NCBI GenBank assembly: GCA_963667845.2
Contig: CAXXVL010000001.1
Location: 448,001-512,000, forward strand
Source of the DNA: Smithellaceae bacterium
GTDB taxonomy: Bacteria; Desulfobacterota; Syntrophia; Syntrophales; Smithellaceae
Reading direction: 5' to 3'
DNA length: 64,000 nt
Shown here: piece by piece, positions 1-11,341 of the stretch
Position numbering within the stretch: position 1 is the stretch's first letter
Layout of the letters: every line of letters starts with the position of its first letter
Notes under the pieces: generated by a model
Told to the model about the DNA's origin: nothing
Database searches by the model: none
Seen by the model: only the letters and a program-made list of their open reading frames with translations
Made by a program: the position numbers and the translations under genes

Positions 1-132
1 CGGCTGTTATCCGTCGTCATTTACGATGCGGACGGCAAAATCGTCTATGCCGACTCTTTTGGCGAACCCGATTGGGATGAGATTCTTCCCAATACGGTTG
101 GCGATACTCTGCAAAAGAAAGTCTGTAAATAA
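1..132 (+). CDS. C-terminal end of a protein running in from the left edge, possibly surface-adhesin-E-like
   Basis: Frame 1 is open from base 1: RLLSVVIYDADGKIVYADSFGEPDWDEILPNTVGDTLQKKVCK*. The W..I.P.T.G..L...VC ending recalls surface-adhesin E family proteins. Confidence 0.5.
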   Translation, partial: RLLSVVIYDADGKIVYADSFGEPDWDEILPNTVGDTLQKKVCK

Positions 133-205
133 ATCAAAGATACAAATTGTTGTTTGTTTTTAGCGCTCATTTGAAATACAATACGTTTATATGAGGAGGA
201 ATCTT

Positions 206-1078
206 ATGGATCAGCTAAGATCGTATCGTTCTTTCGTGAGTTACATCGACCGCAGCCGGGAGTATTATGCTGCGCAGGGCTATGAAAAACCCTATGCCTG
301 GCCGCACTATGACCATGTTCCCTTTACACCCCTCCCCAAACAGCTTGACCAATGCCGTATCGGACTGGTCACGACCGCCGGCAAACCCAAGCCCGCAGGA
401 CCGATGGCGGCCATATTGTATCGCCGGGAGATGTACGCCGAACCGGCCGTCCCGCCGCCTGCCGCGCTTTATACCGACGATCTGTTCTGGGATAAGCAGG
501 CGACGCATACGAGGGATGTGGATAGCTTTCTTCCGTTGAACCGGTTAGCGGAGTATGCCCAAAGCGGCCGGATCGGATCGGCGTCGCCCCGGTTTTACGG
601 CGTGCCCACCGATTACAGTCAGCCCAGGACTATTGATCTCTATGGCCCCCAGATCCTCAAATGGTGCCGCGAAGACGGAGTTGATGCGGTCGTCCTTTTT
701 GCGCTTTGACCGGTTTGCCACCAGACCGTGAGTCTGGTCGCCCGTCACCTGGAAGCGGGAGGAATTGCGACCGTCGTGGTGGGCTCAGCGCGGGACATCG
801 TCGAAGAGTGCGGGGTTGCAAGGTTTGTGTTTACCGATTTTCCGCTGGGGAATCCCTGCGGGAAACCGGGGGATGCCGGAATGCAGCGGTCGATCCTGGG
901 AACCGCGCTTGATCTCCTTGCCGGGGCCTGGATGACGCGCACCACAATTCAGACGCCTTATCAGTGGCCAAGCGATGAATGGCGCGACGGCTTCATGAGA
1001 GTTGACGATTCCAATCGCGAGGCCCTGGCCCGTGCCGGACGGGAACGCCGCGAGTTGCAGGCCAAAATGAAGAAATAG
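206..1078 (+). CDS. Glycine/sarcosine/betaine/D-proline reductase selenoprotein B family (GrdB/PrdB-like) protein with Sec at UGA 707-709
   Basis: ORFs 191-709 and 728-1078 are in the same frame. Read-through gives DAVVLFAL-U-PVCHQTVSLVARHLEAGGIATV (UxxC). Family motifs: RIGLVTTAG, D.DSFLPL.RL, FPLGNPCG. RBS GAGGAGG precedes ATG 206. Confidence 0.92.
720..738 (+). promoter_or_regulatory. Bacterial SECIS hairpin for UGA 707-709
   Basis: ACCAGAC-CGTGA-GTCTGGT: perfect 7-bp stem after a 10-nt spacer from the UGA, with G in the first two loop positions. Confidence 0.8.
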
Positions 1079-1372
1079 CTTTTCAGCGGTTTCCGATCCG
1101 GGCGATTCCGCCGGAATCGAATTTCGTCACCCCGGGCGGGCGAAGCGCGACCGGTATCCGGTATATTCATGACCACCGGATGCAAGCCGCGCCGACATGA
1201 CGGCCCCGATGAAGATTTGATTATCACACCAAGACGCCAGGTTCGGCCTGACGTTCGGGCAAGCTTCAAAGCAGCAACGGCTAAACGGCCGGGAATGTCA
1301 CGATCAGGATTCGTCAATACGTTACAAAGCCACTCGTCAGGAAAATGATTAAGCGACAGGAGGGATACAACG

Positions 1373-1867
1373 ATGAAGCGGTATCACGATACGGCACGGA
1401 AGGTTCTGTTATTTGTTCTGATCGGCCTAACCATTCTATTGATCAACACGGAGGTATGTATGGCAAAAGAATTTGATGCGTCTCTCAATGTCATGGGCTA
1501 CGACCGGAATGTCACCGTAAAAATCAACGGGGTTCAATTGAGCCGGATTACCGGCGGGCAGTCGCAATCCGCCAGACTTTTTCTCGCCGATGACCCCCTG
1601 CTGAAAACGCTGCCGCAGGAGAGGCAGGAAAAAATGAAAGAGCTTTTTTGTCTGAAGAAAGGCGAGAACATCATCGAGATCAGTTTCAGTGAAAAGGGCC
1701 AGCCCAAGTCGCCGTCGCAGTTTACCGTCAGCATCGATTCCAGCAACTACAAAGTGCCCGTGCTGAAATACGAGAAGGGACCCAATGTCAAGGAAGGAAA
1801 GACCAAAGGCATATTTACGATACTCATTGATCAGCCGGCGGGATTTAAAACGGTCATTCTGCAATAG
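1373..1867 (+). CDS. Hypothetical exported protein
   Basis: 164-aa ORF with AGGAGG RBS and N-terminal hydrophobic segment. Alternative start at 1460 (MAKEF, also with GGAGG). Confidence 0.7.
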   Translation: MKRYHDTARKVLLFVLIGLTILLINTEVCMAKEFDASLNVMGYDRNVTVKINGVQLSRITGGQSQSARLFLADDPLLKTLPQERQEKMKELFCLKKGENIIEISFSEKGQPKSPSQFTVSIDSSNYKVPVLKYEKGPNVKEGKTKGIFTILIDQPAGFKTVILQ

Positions 1868-1906
1868 GAGTTCGTAAGCCCGCGCGTCCGCGGGAATCAC
1901 GGATAC

Positions 1907-1928
1907 AGAGGGGCAGCGGCCCCTCTTT
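1907..1928 (+). terminator. Probable intrinsic terminator
   Basis: AGAGGGGC-AGCG-GCCCCTCT followed by a short T run, about 40 nt after the 1867 stop. Confidence 0.5.
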
Positions 1929-2011
1929 CCGATCGAGAATGAGCCGCTTGGCGCTCTCCTGATGTTTAACGGATCCAACTTACTCGTCGCGTTGATTCGG
2001 GGTGCAGGCAA

Positions 2012-3106
2012 ATGTTTGGAAAACTTCTGGCTTTCTTCTTTTCTTTTTTCGGGGTGATTCTGGCCATTCCGCTCATCGTGGCAATCGCCGTGCTCGCCTT
2101 TAAATTCGATCTGCGCTCCTTTATGACCCTGCATCCCCTCGGCTCCGCGATCATTGCCGCCGGGTATGCCTTCATCTGGGTCGTCGCGTTCTTCGCCCTG
2201 CAGGATTTTTTTATTGTCTGGAAGCCGGATGCGCGCACCGCTCCCGTCGGCAAAAAAGAATTGATCGATAAACTGGAGCGCTCTTTTAAGCGAGATTTTG
2301 AGGGGAAACCCCTTTTCGATGTTTTTCGTTCCGACGACGACCGGCTGGCCATCACGTGGTCGCAATCGATCAGCTATTTTCAGGTTACGGCGGGCGGCCG
2401 GATAGGAAAGAAGCGCGTTATCGTGCTCAGCTTCGACGAGCCCGGGCATGAGGCTTCTTTCATCATGAAAGAAAAGGACTGGCGATGGTCGCTCTCGGCG
2501 AAGCGCTTCGATTTTTCCATGAGCTATTCGGCGGGCATCTTTGCCGAAATTTCTACGGACGTCGCGCCCTCGGTGACCTTTGACAAAGACGGCGGCTTTT
2601 CCATCGATTTGAAAAAGCTGTCCTATGATTACCGGGATCTTTGGGTACCCATCGAGAAGACGCTGCTTGCAGCGGGCTGGACCATCCGGGGCGGCATGCT
2701 TCCCGGCTGGGGGTACCGGCTGGCGATCGCCGCACCGTTTGCTGTTTTAATGTTTGCGCTTTTTTTTCTTGTCCTGAGGAGCGCTCCCGCTCTGCCTGCT
2801 GCAGCGCCGGCAAACGCTCCCGCGAAAGAGACGGCAGCGGCCGATCGGGACTCCTATAAACGAAGTGAAGCCGAGCAGATTATTGCGTCGGGCAAACTGA
2901 AGTCGGCCTACCAGATTGAAATTGCGCTTGCCGGTTTGATGAAAGTGCCCAAAGATTATTTCGGCGACTATGAACACGCCTTTATCGCGTACGCCAGGGT
3001 TTATCAGGAAAAAGCGGACAAGAAGCCTGAATTCGTTGCCCGATTGGATGCATTTGCGAAGGATTACGGAGTCGACCCGAAGACTTACGAATCGCCGGGG
3101 AAATAG
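2012..3106 (+). CDS. Hypothetical membrane protein
   Basis: 364-aa ORF with two N-terminal TM segments, a soluble domain, a third TM and an Ala/Pro linker. Confidence 0.75.
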   Translation: MFGKLLAFFFSFFGVILAIPLIVAIAVLAFKFDLRSFMTLHPLGSAIIAAGYAFIWVVAFFALQDFFIVWKPDARTAPVGKKELIDKLERSFKRDFEGKPLFDVFRSDDDRLAITWSQSISYFQVTAGGRIGKKRVIVLSFDEPGHEASFIMKEKDWRWSLSAKRFDFSMSYSAGIFAEISTDVAPSVTFDKDGGFSIDLKKLSYDYRDLWVPIEKTLLAAGWTIRGGMLPGWGYRLAIAAPFAVLMFALFFLVLRSAPALPAAAPANAPAKETAAADRDSYKRSEAEQIIASGKLKSAYQIEIALAGLMKVPKDYFGDYEHAFIAYARVYQEKADKKPEFVARLDAFAKDYGVDPKTYESPGK

Positions 3107-3156
3107 CGCCATGAGTGAGGATTCGCCTTCTATCGAGGATAACCCGGGAGATTGCG

Positions 3157-3303
3157 CTATAGATCAATGTGCTGAAGTGTCTCTGCGGGAGGAGCCTGAA
3201 TATTCGCGGCACGTCTTGTTCGGAATGTGTCCGGCTGGAATGCGTTAAAGATGAGAAAAGCGGTAATCAACGCGACCAGGACGACACCTATGATTCGCAA
3301 CAT
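3157..3303 (-). pseudogene. Short ORF or remnant resembling the N-terminus of a membrane-anchored SRPBCC/polyketide-cyclase protein
   Basis: MLRIIGVVLVALITAFLIFNAFQPDTFRTRRAANIQAPPAETLQHIDL* (48 aa) with GAGGA RBS. TM + PDTFR..R...I.APP matches the usual start of that family, but the ORF stops early. Confidence 0.45.
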
Positions 3304-3333
3304 ACTCTTTCCTCATCATCTCCATCGTTCCTG

Positions 3334-3429
3334 CACCTCGCAGCAAGCTGTCGAGGTATGAAATGGACGTCATTATTTCGCAGCATGCGACAGGGAATTT
3401 ACGCTCGTCCCCTGGTGAGCGGGATTCAA
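3334..3429 (-). repeat. ~95-bp structured intergenic repeat, copy A (inverted)
   Basis: Reverse complement aligns with the copies at 5577, 7905 and 47694 (TTGAATCCCGCTCA...GACGAGCG...TTTCATACCTCGACAGCTTGCTGCGAGGTG). Confidence 0.9.
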
Positions 3430-3487
3430 AATACATAAGCACGCCCCTCGCGGCACGTGCAGCATTCCGGGGAGAGACGGAAACTTT

Positions 3488-3817
3488 CTATCTTCCATCA
3501 TCGCGGCTCATCGAGTGTCCCGCTACAACGTCGTCGCCGGGCAGCATTTCTTCTTCGACGTCGCTCTTCATGTAATAGGGTTTCTTGCTGGTGCCATGGA
3601 CCGCTTTCTTTTCTATAAGCACTTCTTCGATAGGTTTATCTTCCTCGAATTCTTTCGCTTCCATTTTCGGCTCCTCGTTTTCATAGTCGCCGAGTTCCCA
3701 TATCATCTTGTCCAGGCCTTCATCGCAGACCCTGTCTTTTCCGCTTTCGAATTCCCTGATCTGATCATCAAGAAGCTGGTCCAGCGGTTTTACTTTGTCT
3801 GTGTCCTCGCATTCCAT
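3488..3817 (-). CDS. Hypothetical acidic protein
   Basis: 109-aa, very Asp/Glu-rich ORF with a strong AAGGAGG RBS. Confidence 0.7.
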   Translation of the reverse strand: MECEDTDKVKPLDQLLDDQIREFESGKDRVCDEGLDKMIWELGDYENEEPKMEAKEFEEDKPIEEVLIEKKAVHGTSKKPYYMKSDVEEEMLPGDDVVAGHSMSRDDGR

Positions 3818-4125
3818 AGCGTCCTCCTTTATCGATGCCGTTCGGTTCTTTGTTGACTAAAATGGGTGAAACCGCGGTTAAAATCAATGATGGGAAATAG
3901 TAAGCAGAATGGTGGGCAGAAACGATCAGGAAGCAGGCAAACCGGCAGTCGAATTTTAAGGGGGCTTCTGTCTATCAGAAGTAATATTGGTGCTGTAACT
4001 GATTTTTCAAAGGGAAATGATTCTATCTGATTCCGGCGGAGACCGGCCGCAGCGTCATCTATCGCGAATTTGTTTTCAAGCCGGACATGATCGCTGTTGA
4101 CGGTTGACGCGGCGTTTTCGCCTTC

Positions 4126-4482
4126 TCATGAGTTGAGCACATCCCTGGAGATGCGCCATTTGAGCGGGGATGCCGGATGCGAAGTCCCGGCTTCATCATC
4201 GAGAAGAAATTGACGATAGTGTGTGGAAATCCATTCCTTCATTCTAACATCCTGCAGGGTCCGTTCGTCTTTATTCTTGTCGAGATAATCGTCGATGACT
4301 TCTTCTTTGATGATGATCTCGATCTTTCGCGACCGTCTGTTTTGCTTGTGCAGATCGGTTTCCAGGTTCCAGTCAATTTGCATTAAATGATCGCTGCCCA
4401 CGACACGCGAAATAATCCAGGCGTTGGCCGGAAAAAGCGGTTTGATCATCCTGAGCCAGTAATCGAGTAAGTCTTCAGTCAT
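4126..4482 (-). CDS. Hypothetical protein
   Basis: 118-aa ORF overlapping the upstream 4475-4780 gene by 8 nt, suggesting coupling. Confidence 0.7.
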   Translation of the reverse strand: MTEDLLDYWLRMIKPLFPANAWIISRVVGSDHLMQIDWNLETDLHKQNRRSRKIEIIIKEEVIDDYLDKNKDERTLQDVRMKEWISTHYRQFLLDDEAGTSHPASPLKWRISRDVLNS

Positions 4483-4780
4483 TGCCGATGATTTTCATTC
4501 TTTTAGACCACCCATTCTTATTCGTCGCGACATTTCTGCAGGCGGGATTATAATTCAGCGTGAAAGCAACCTTGCCCTGGAACTGCACATCCGGTTCCAG
4601 GCGATATCCCGTGATGGTGCCTCCGAAGAAAGAGGGTTCCCCTTGCTTTTTGTGAAAATAGATTTCACCGCCTACCAGCTCTCTGGCCTTGGCTTCAGCG
4701 ATCGTCCACCAGCCGCTTTCCCAATTGTTGTCGGGCAGTTTTACAAAATTATTTAACGGTTCAACCATGTGTATATTCAT
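4475..4780 (-). CDS. Hypothetical protein
   Basis: 101-aa ORF with GGAGG RBS and a WESGWW motif. Confidence 0.7.
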   Translation of the reverse strand: MNIHMVEPLNNFVKLPDNNWESGWWTIAEAKARELVGGEIYFHKKQGEPSFFGGTITGYRLEPDVQFQGKVAFTLNYNPACRNVATNKNGWSKRMKIIGND

Positions 4781-5095
4781 TTTATTCCTCCATTTCCCTG
4801 AAAATGCAATCTGCCTGCAAGAGCGTCCGGATCAGATCAGCAAAAGATGTGATGTGAGTTTTTTAGAGATGTGTAAATCGGGACCAATATGCACGTCAGC
4901 AGGGCAAACATCATGCCTTGGTGACACCATCACAGAAAAAGACCAATATGTCACGACTTATTTAAAGACCCGCCGCTTATTCCCAAAGAGAAACGGATGT
5001 TGCACCGGCCATAGGATTGTCAGCCGGGGATCAAAGGCGACGGATTCATGCCTCCCGGCCGAACGGGATACCCGTGTTACGGGGGGAACGCAGCA

Positions 5096-5545
5096 TCAGC
5101 CCCGGACGATGAGGACGGGAATGCTTTTATCGTTGTGGATGATGCCATAGGACACGCTGCCCAGGACGGTCGCGGATAAGGCGCTCCGCCCGCGGGAGCC
5201 CATGACAATAAGATCGGCCTTTGTTTTTCGGGCTTCTTTCAATATTTCCTCGACGGGGTATCCTATCCTGATGGAAAGCTTCACTGCAACTCCATTTTTG
5301 TCGCATAGCTTTTTCACTTCTTCAAGATATTCCCCGGCGACGGATTGCAGATAATCCTCAACAGGTTCCGTGATGTGTTTTGGCGTCTTTGCGGCGGGGA
5401 CCGTCTGTCCTGTGAAAAGGCGTTTGTCGATGACGCTTAAGGCAAAAACCTCCGCCCCCAGCTGCCTGGCAAGGTCAACGGCATAGGCGGCTGCTTTTTG
5501 AGATGTCTTTGATCCATCCGACGGTATAAGAATTGAAGAAATCAT
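5096..5545 (-). CDS. Universal stress protein (UspA family)
   Basis: ILIPSDGS...ADLIVMGSRGRS..LGSVS...IPVLIVR motifs; AAGGAGG RBS. Confidence 0.95.
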   Translation of the reverse strand: MISSILIPSDGSKTSQKAAAYAVDLARQLGAEVFALSVIDKRLFTGQTVPAAKTPKHITEPVEDYLQSVAGEYLEEVKKLCDKNGVAVKLSIRIGYPVEEILKEARKTKADLIVMGSRGRSALSATVLGSVSYGIIHNDKSIPVLIVRG

Positions 5546-5576
5546 GCGTCCTCCTTCGCGATCAAGTATTAGAATT

Positions 5577-5672
5577 TTAAATCCCGCTCACGCCCGACGA
5601 GCGTTAATTCCCTGTCGCTTGCCGCGGAATAATGACGTTCATTTCATACCTCGACAGCCTGCTGTGAGATTG
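5577..5672 (+). repeat. ~95-bp structured intergenic repeat, copy B
   Basis: TTAAATCCCGCTCACGCCCGACGAGCGTTAATTCCCTGTCGCTTGCCGCGGAATAATGACGTTCATTTCATACCTCGACAGCCTGCTGTGAG. Confidence 0.9.
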
Positions 5673-5898
5673 TTGATTGATGGAAATGGCTGATTGACCG
5701 GGGCTTAATCCCGGCAACTTCCCGGAGCCGGTCCTGCTTCAAGCCGATCAGAGCCGTTATTACTTATTTATGGATAAACTATAATGTTACGGCTTTCGGA
5801 TGTCAATTAGATAGTCGTCACGAAAGCGATTTCCCTGATCGGTCGGAACCGGGTGGCAGGGGACCTTCCGCAGAAAGTGGACCGGACCTGAATGCAGC

Positions 5899-6141
5899 TT
5901 AAGAATCTTTCATCCTTCTGCGGACTTCTACATAAAGCTCCGTCAGGCAACCGGCGACTGCCAGAAATAACATGCTCAGCATGAACCGGGGAGCAGATTC
6001 CAGCAGTTCATCCAGCAGATGGCCGATCCAGAGGAACAAAAAGGAAGCAGCCACCAGTGATAAACCCCACGCCGACAACATTGTGATTCCCCGAAAAGAG
6101 TTGAATTCTTCGTCACGAATTTTGCCCATCGTAAGCCGCAT
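5899..6141 (-). CDS. AtpZ/AtpI-family small membrane protein
   Basis: 80 aa with two TM helices and a G..LD......P.F pattern (WIGHLLDELLESAPRFM); GGAGG RBS. Confidence 0.7.
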   Translation of the reverse strand: MRLTMGKIRDEEFNSFRGITMLSAWGLSLVAASFLFLWIGHLLDELLESAPRFMLSMLFLAVAGCLTELYVEVRRRMKDS

Positions 6142-6226
6142 GATTATTCCCTCCTTCGTAGTTCAGATTAATCTAATGAAATAATCATGCCAGAATATTG
6201 TGAACGGATCAGGGGAAAGGAGGATT

Positions 6227-6279
6227 TTAAGCTGCCGCAGCCGATTGTGCCGGCGGACAATCGGCCGGCGGCAACTTAA
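6227..6279 (-). terminator. Hairpin downstream of the caspase-family gene
   Basis: Long imperfect inverted repeat TTAAGCTGCCGCAGCCGATTGT...ACAATCGGCCGGCGGCAACTTAA just after stop 6298. Confidence 0.45.
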
Positions 6280-6297
6280 GATTCCTTGAGGGCGGAT

Positions 6298-7683
6298 TTA
6301 ATAAACAGTGAAATTCTCGCTTGCGACTTTGATGCCTTCTACATAAAGATCGACGCGATACGTGCCGGCAGTCCACGTATTATTGGCCGCTTCCCGCCAG
6401 CCATAGCCGCTGTTGCGATAAGAAGTCGTCCAGGTCGCCTCAATATAGGAATTTAAACTTCCCCGGAATATTTCCGTGCCCTGAGCATTGTACCAGATCG
6501 CGTCAACGACGAAATCTTTCTTTGTCCCCGGAGCCGGATGCGTGAGATTAAGTTCCCAGGCGATATAGCGGGAATTGGTTCTGGAAAAAGATGTTCGATA
6601 GACGCGCTGGTCTTTGGGGGTTGCATCATAGGGGCTTTCAAAAAATTTAACCTCAGACACGGTAGCATTCAAAGACGGAATGGACCTTGTTCCCCGGCCA
6701 CTGTCCACTTTGGGGATGCTGGCGATGCGAATTCTCTCTTCATCGAGCTTCCTCTTTTCTTCTTCCATCTTGCGCCGGGCTTCGGCCAGTGCGTTCTTTT
6801 CTTGAAGCAGTTCAGTTTCCCTCTTCAGCTTTTCTTTTTCTTCGGCCAGTTTTTGCCGCTCATCGGCGAATGCGGCGTCGTCGGCGTTTGTGTCCTGCTG
6901 CTGAACCTTCGTTTTTCCGGAATCATAGCCTTCCCGGAAATAGAAATCACCGCTCAGAGATGACAATTCCCAGGGGACCTGCTGCCCCTTGCTTTTGCTG
7001 GACAGGTCCTGGCGGACCCGTTTAAAGACATGTTCGATGGGCAGGCCGGGCGTGTTCATATGCTTGAGCAGCGATTCCGTGTAGGGGCTGTTGCGGCCCC
7101 TGCCGTCTGCGGCCACGTTGCCGGGGCTGGTGGAATAGGTGATGAATGTTCCCCGCGGTGCGGCGGAAATGATGCTGAGACCGCGGCTGGCTGAACGGAA
7201 GCTCCGGCCGAAGGGATTGTCCCGGCAGGCGTCCAGGATGACGATATTCATGCCGTTATTGGCGTTGCTCATTTCGTCAAGGATGCGGCCGGCATCAACT
7301 GCCCGGTATTTAAGGTCGGATTCTTTTTTAATTTTTGCTCCGATGGGGATGAGATAGTTGGCTCCATTGGCTTGGATGCCGTGACCGGCATAGAAGAAAA
7401 GACCCACACCGCCTCTTTTCAGACGGTTGCCGAAATCCTCAAAGGATTCTTCCATTACTTCCAGAGTGGCATTCTTCTTTAGAATAACGGTAAATCCCAT
7501 TCTTCTTAAGGAGGCCGCCATATCCGTCGCGTCATTAATGGGATTGGCAAGCGGCGCGGATTCGTAGCTGCCGTTGCCGATGACGAGGGCCACACGCTCG
7601 AGGGCACCGGCAGGCAACGCCGAGAGCATGATTAAAAGCATTATTGTTGTAACAGGGATCAGTATTCCGATTATTTTACGCAT
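6298..7683 (-). CDS. Secreted caspase-family (peptidase C14) protein with coiled coil and C-terminal beta domain
   Basis: Signal peptide; RVALVIGN, FFYAGHG, ILDACRDNP and QQVPW motifs, with the His/Cys dyad intact. Confidence 0.92.
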   Translation of the reverse strand: MRKIIGILIPVTTIMLLIMLSALPAGALERVALVIGNGSYESAPLANPINDATDMAASLRRMGFTVILKKNATLEVMEESFEDFGNRLKRGGVGLFFYAGHGIQANGANYLIPIGAKIKKESDLKYRAVDAGRILDEMSNANNGMNIVILDACRDNPFGRSFRSASRGLSIISAAPRGTFITYSTSPGNVAADGRGRNSPYTESLLKHMNTPGLPIEHVFKRVRQDLSSKSKGQQVPWELSSLSGDFYFREGYDSGKTKVQQQDTNADDAAFADERQKLAEEKEKLKRETELLQEKNALAEARRKMEEEKRKLDEERIRIASIPKVDSGRGTRSIPSLNATVSEVKFFESPYDATPKDQRVYRTSFSRTNSRYIAWELNLTHPAPGTKKDFVVDAIWYNAQGTEIFRGSLNSYIEATWTTSYRNSGYGWREAANNTWTAGTYRVDLYVEGIKVASENFTVY

Positions 7684-7904
7684 AACTGTTTTTCTATCCT
7701 CCTCGAGGTTGCATTTTAAATCGATGCAGGCGCCGTGTCAATCACATATTCATTTGACCCAATAAGCCCGCGTGCGGCCTGGACATTTACCCTGAGACAT
7801 CTCACGAATGCCGGTGCTATTCCGGTGATCGGCCGTTCGCAGGCGCCCCCGACGGCGTATCCGGAACCGCCGCACGCGTCCGATCGCCACTCCAGCCGAC
7901 CCGT

Positions 7905-7999
7905 TTGAATCCCGCTCACGCAAGACGAGCGCTAATTCTCTGTCGCTTGCTGCGAAATAGTAACGTTCATTTCATACCTCAACAGCTTGCAGCGAGGTG
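7905..7999 (+). repeat. ~95-bp structured intergenic repeat, copy C
   Basis: TTGAATCCCGCTCACGCAAGACGAGCGCTAATTCTCTGTCGCTTGCTGCGAAATAGTAACGTTCATTTCATACCTCAACAGCTTGCAGCGAGGTG. Confidence 0.9.
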
Positions 8000-8204
8000 T
8001 TTGAATCCGCTGCGACATTTCAGTCGCTCCCCGGTGACACAAGCGTCGCCAGCGTATAAGGCCGGCCCAGCCTGGGTTTTGCGACAAAGCAGCTTTCAGG
8101 GCTGCATCCGGTGATGACGTCGGAGTCGTTTTAGCGCTTCCCGATTCTGGCCGTCCGGAGAGCGTTTGTAAGTGGTGGCCACGTTCTCGAGGCGCAACAC
8201 GATG

Positions 8205-8220
8205 TGGCACATGTGTTGCA
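8205..8220 (+). promoter_or_regulatory. Sigma54 (-24/-12) promoter of the N-ATPase operon
   Basis: TGGCAC-ATGTG-TTGCA matches TGGCAC-N5-TTGCW exactly, about 115 nt upstream of the first operon gene. Confidence 0.75.
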
Positions 8221-8333
8221 CTTCTGAAAGAAACAAAATAGTCAGGCGGTTTCTTTGACAGCAATCATGCAGGATTCGCGGCGCGGATGACAACCGGTCA
8301 CAGCCGGTCATCACCGCAGAAAGGAGAGGGCAT

Positions 8334-10561
<2,228 letters not shown>

Positions 10562-10565
10562 AAAG

Positions 10566-10656
10566 AAGGTTCAAGGTTCAAGGTGCAAGGTACCATTCAG
10601 TAGTTTTAACGTTGAGAATGGAACTTAAAACTTAAGACTTAAAACTTAAAACTTTC
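10566..10656 (+). repeat. Heptamer tandem repeats (AAGGTTC)-type x4 and (AACTTAA)-type x5
   Basis: AAGGTTC AAGGTTC AAGGTGC AAGGTAC ... AACTTAA AACTTAA GACTTAA AACTTAA AACTTTC in the atpC-atpQ spacer. Confidence 0.85.
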
Positions 10657-10709
10657 AACGGGGTTTGAGCATGGTTGAAATACGACGCACAAACGGGAAA
10701 CGCCGGAAG

Positions 10710-11000
10710 ATGGCCGATCATTTCACCGAACAGGTTGCCAAAAAAGAAGCGCTGCGGCTGAAGGGACTCCGCCATAAGGACGAAACCGTCTGGTTCGGTC
10801 TGGGCATGATGGGCATTGTCGGCTGGGCGGTCGCTATTCCCACGCTGATCGGCGTCGCATTGGGACTCTGGATTGACCGCGCCTGGCCCAGCCAGTATTC
10901 CTGGGCGCTCATGCTGCTCATTGCCGGTGTGATCATCGGCTGCATCAACGCGGCCTACTGGGTTCGGAAGGTACGCAGCAAGATTATCGAGGAAGAATAA
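10710..11000 (+). CDS. atpQ: N-ATPase AtpQ (AtpZ/AtpI family)
   Basis: VWFGLGMMGIVGWAVAIPTLIG..LGLWID..WP...GC.NA.YWV at the third N-ATPase position. Alternative start 10671. Confidence 0.9.
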   Translation: MADHFTEQVAKKEALRLKGLRHKDETVWFGLGMMGIVGWAVAIPTLIGVALGLWIDRAWPSQYSWALMLLIAGVIIGCINAAYWVRKVRSKIIEEE

Positions 11001-11001
11001 T

Positions 11002-11298
11002 ATGACGCTGTCCACCACGATGATTCTGGCGGCGGCTTTTGCCGCCGGGTTGGCCCTCGGCGCATTTTATTTTGTTGCGCTGTGGGAGACGGTGCGCCGC
11101 CTGCCGGAGACGGCAAGTCCCGTACGTTTGATGCTGGGAAGTCTCGTTCTGCGCCTGGCCGTGTTAACTATCGGGTTTTACTTCACCATGGGGGGCCATT
11201 GGGAGCGATTGGCTTTGGCCTTGCTGGGTTTTGTTGTGATGAGGAAGATTCTGACTTACCGCCTGGGACCTCAAAAGGTGGCCCAAACGGTGCACTAA
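11002..11298 (+). CDS. atpR: N-ATPase subunit AtpR
   Basis: GLALGAFYFVALWETVRRL...SLVLRL...LLGFVVMR; located between atpQ and atpB. Confidence 0.9.
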   Translation: MTLSTTMILAAAFAAGLALGAFYFVALWETVRRLPETASPVRLMLGSLVLRLAVLTIGFYFTMGGHWERLALALLGFVVMRKILTYRLGPQKVAQTVH

Positions 11299-11341
11299 AA
11301 ACAATCGGCGCATCATTTTTGCAGCCGATCAAGGAGTCGAT

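Noticed and set aside
3334..7999. Repeats considered as a CRISPR array or integron attC sites
   Set aside because: Copies are kilobases apart, in mixed orientation, lack RYYYAAC/GTTRRRY ends, and there is no cas or integrase gene.
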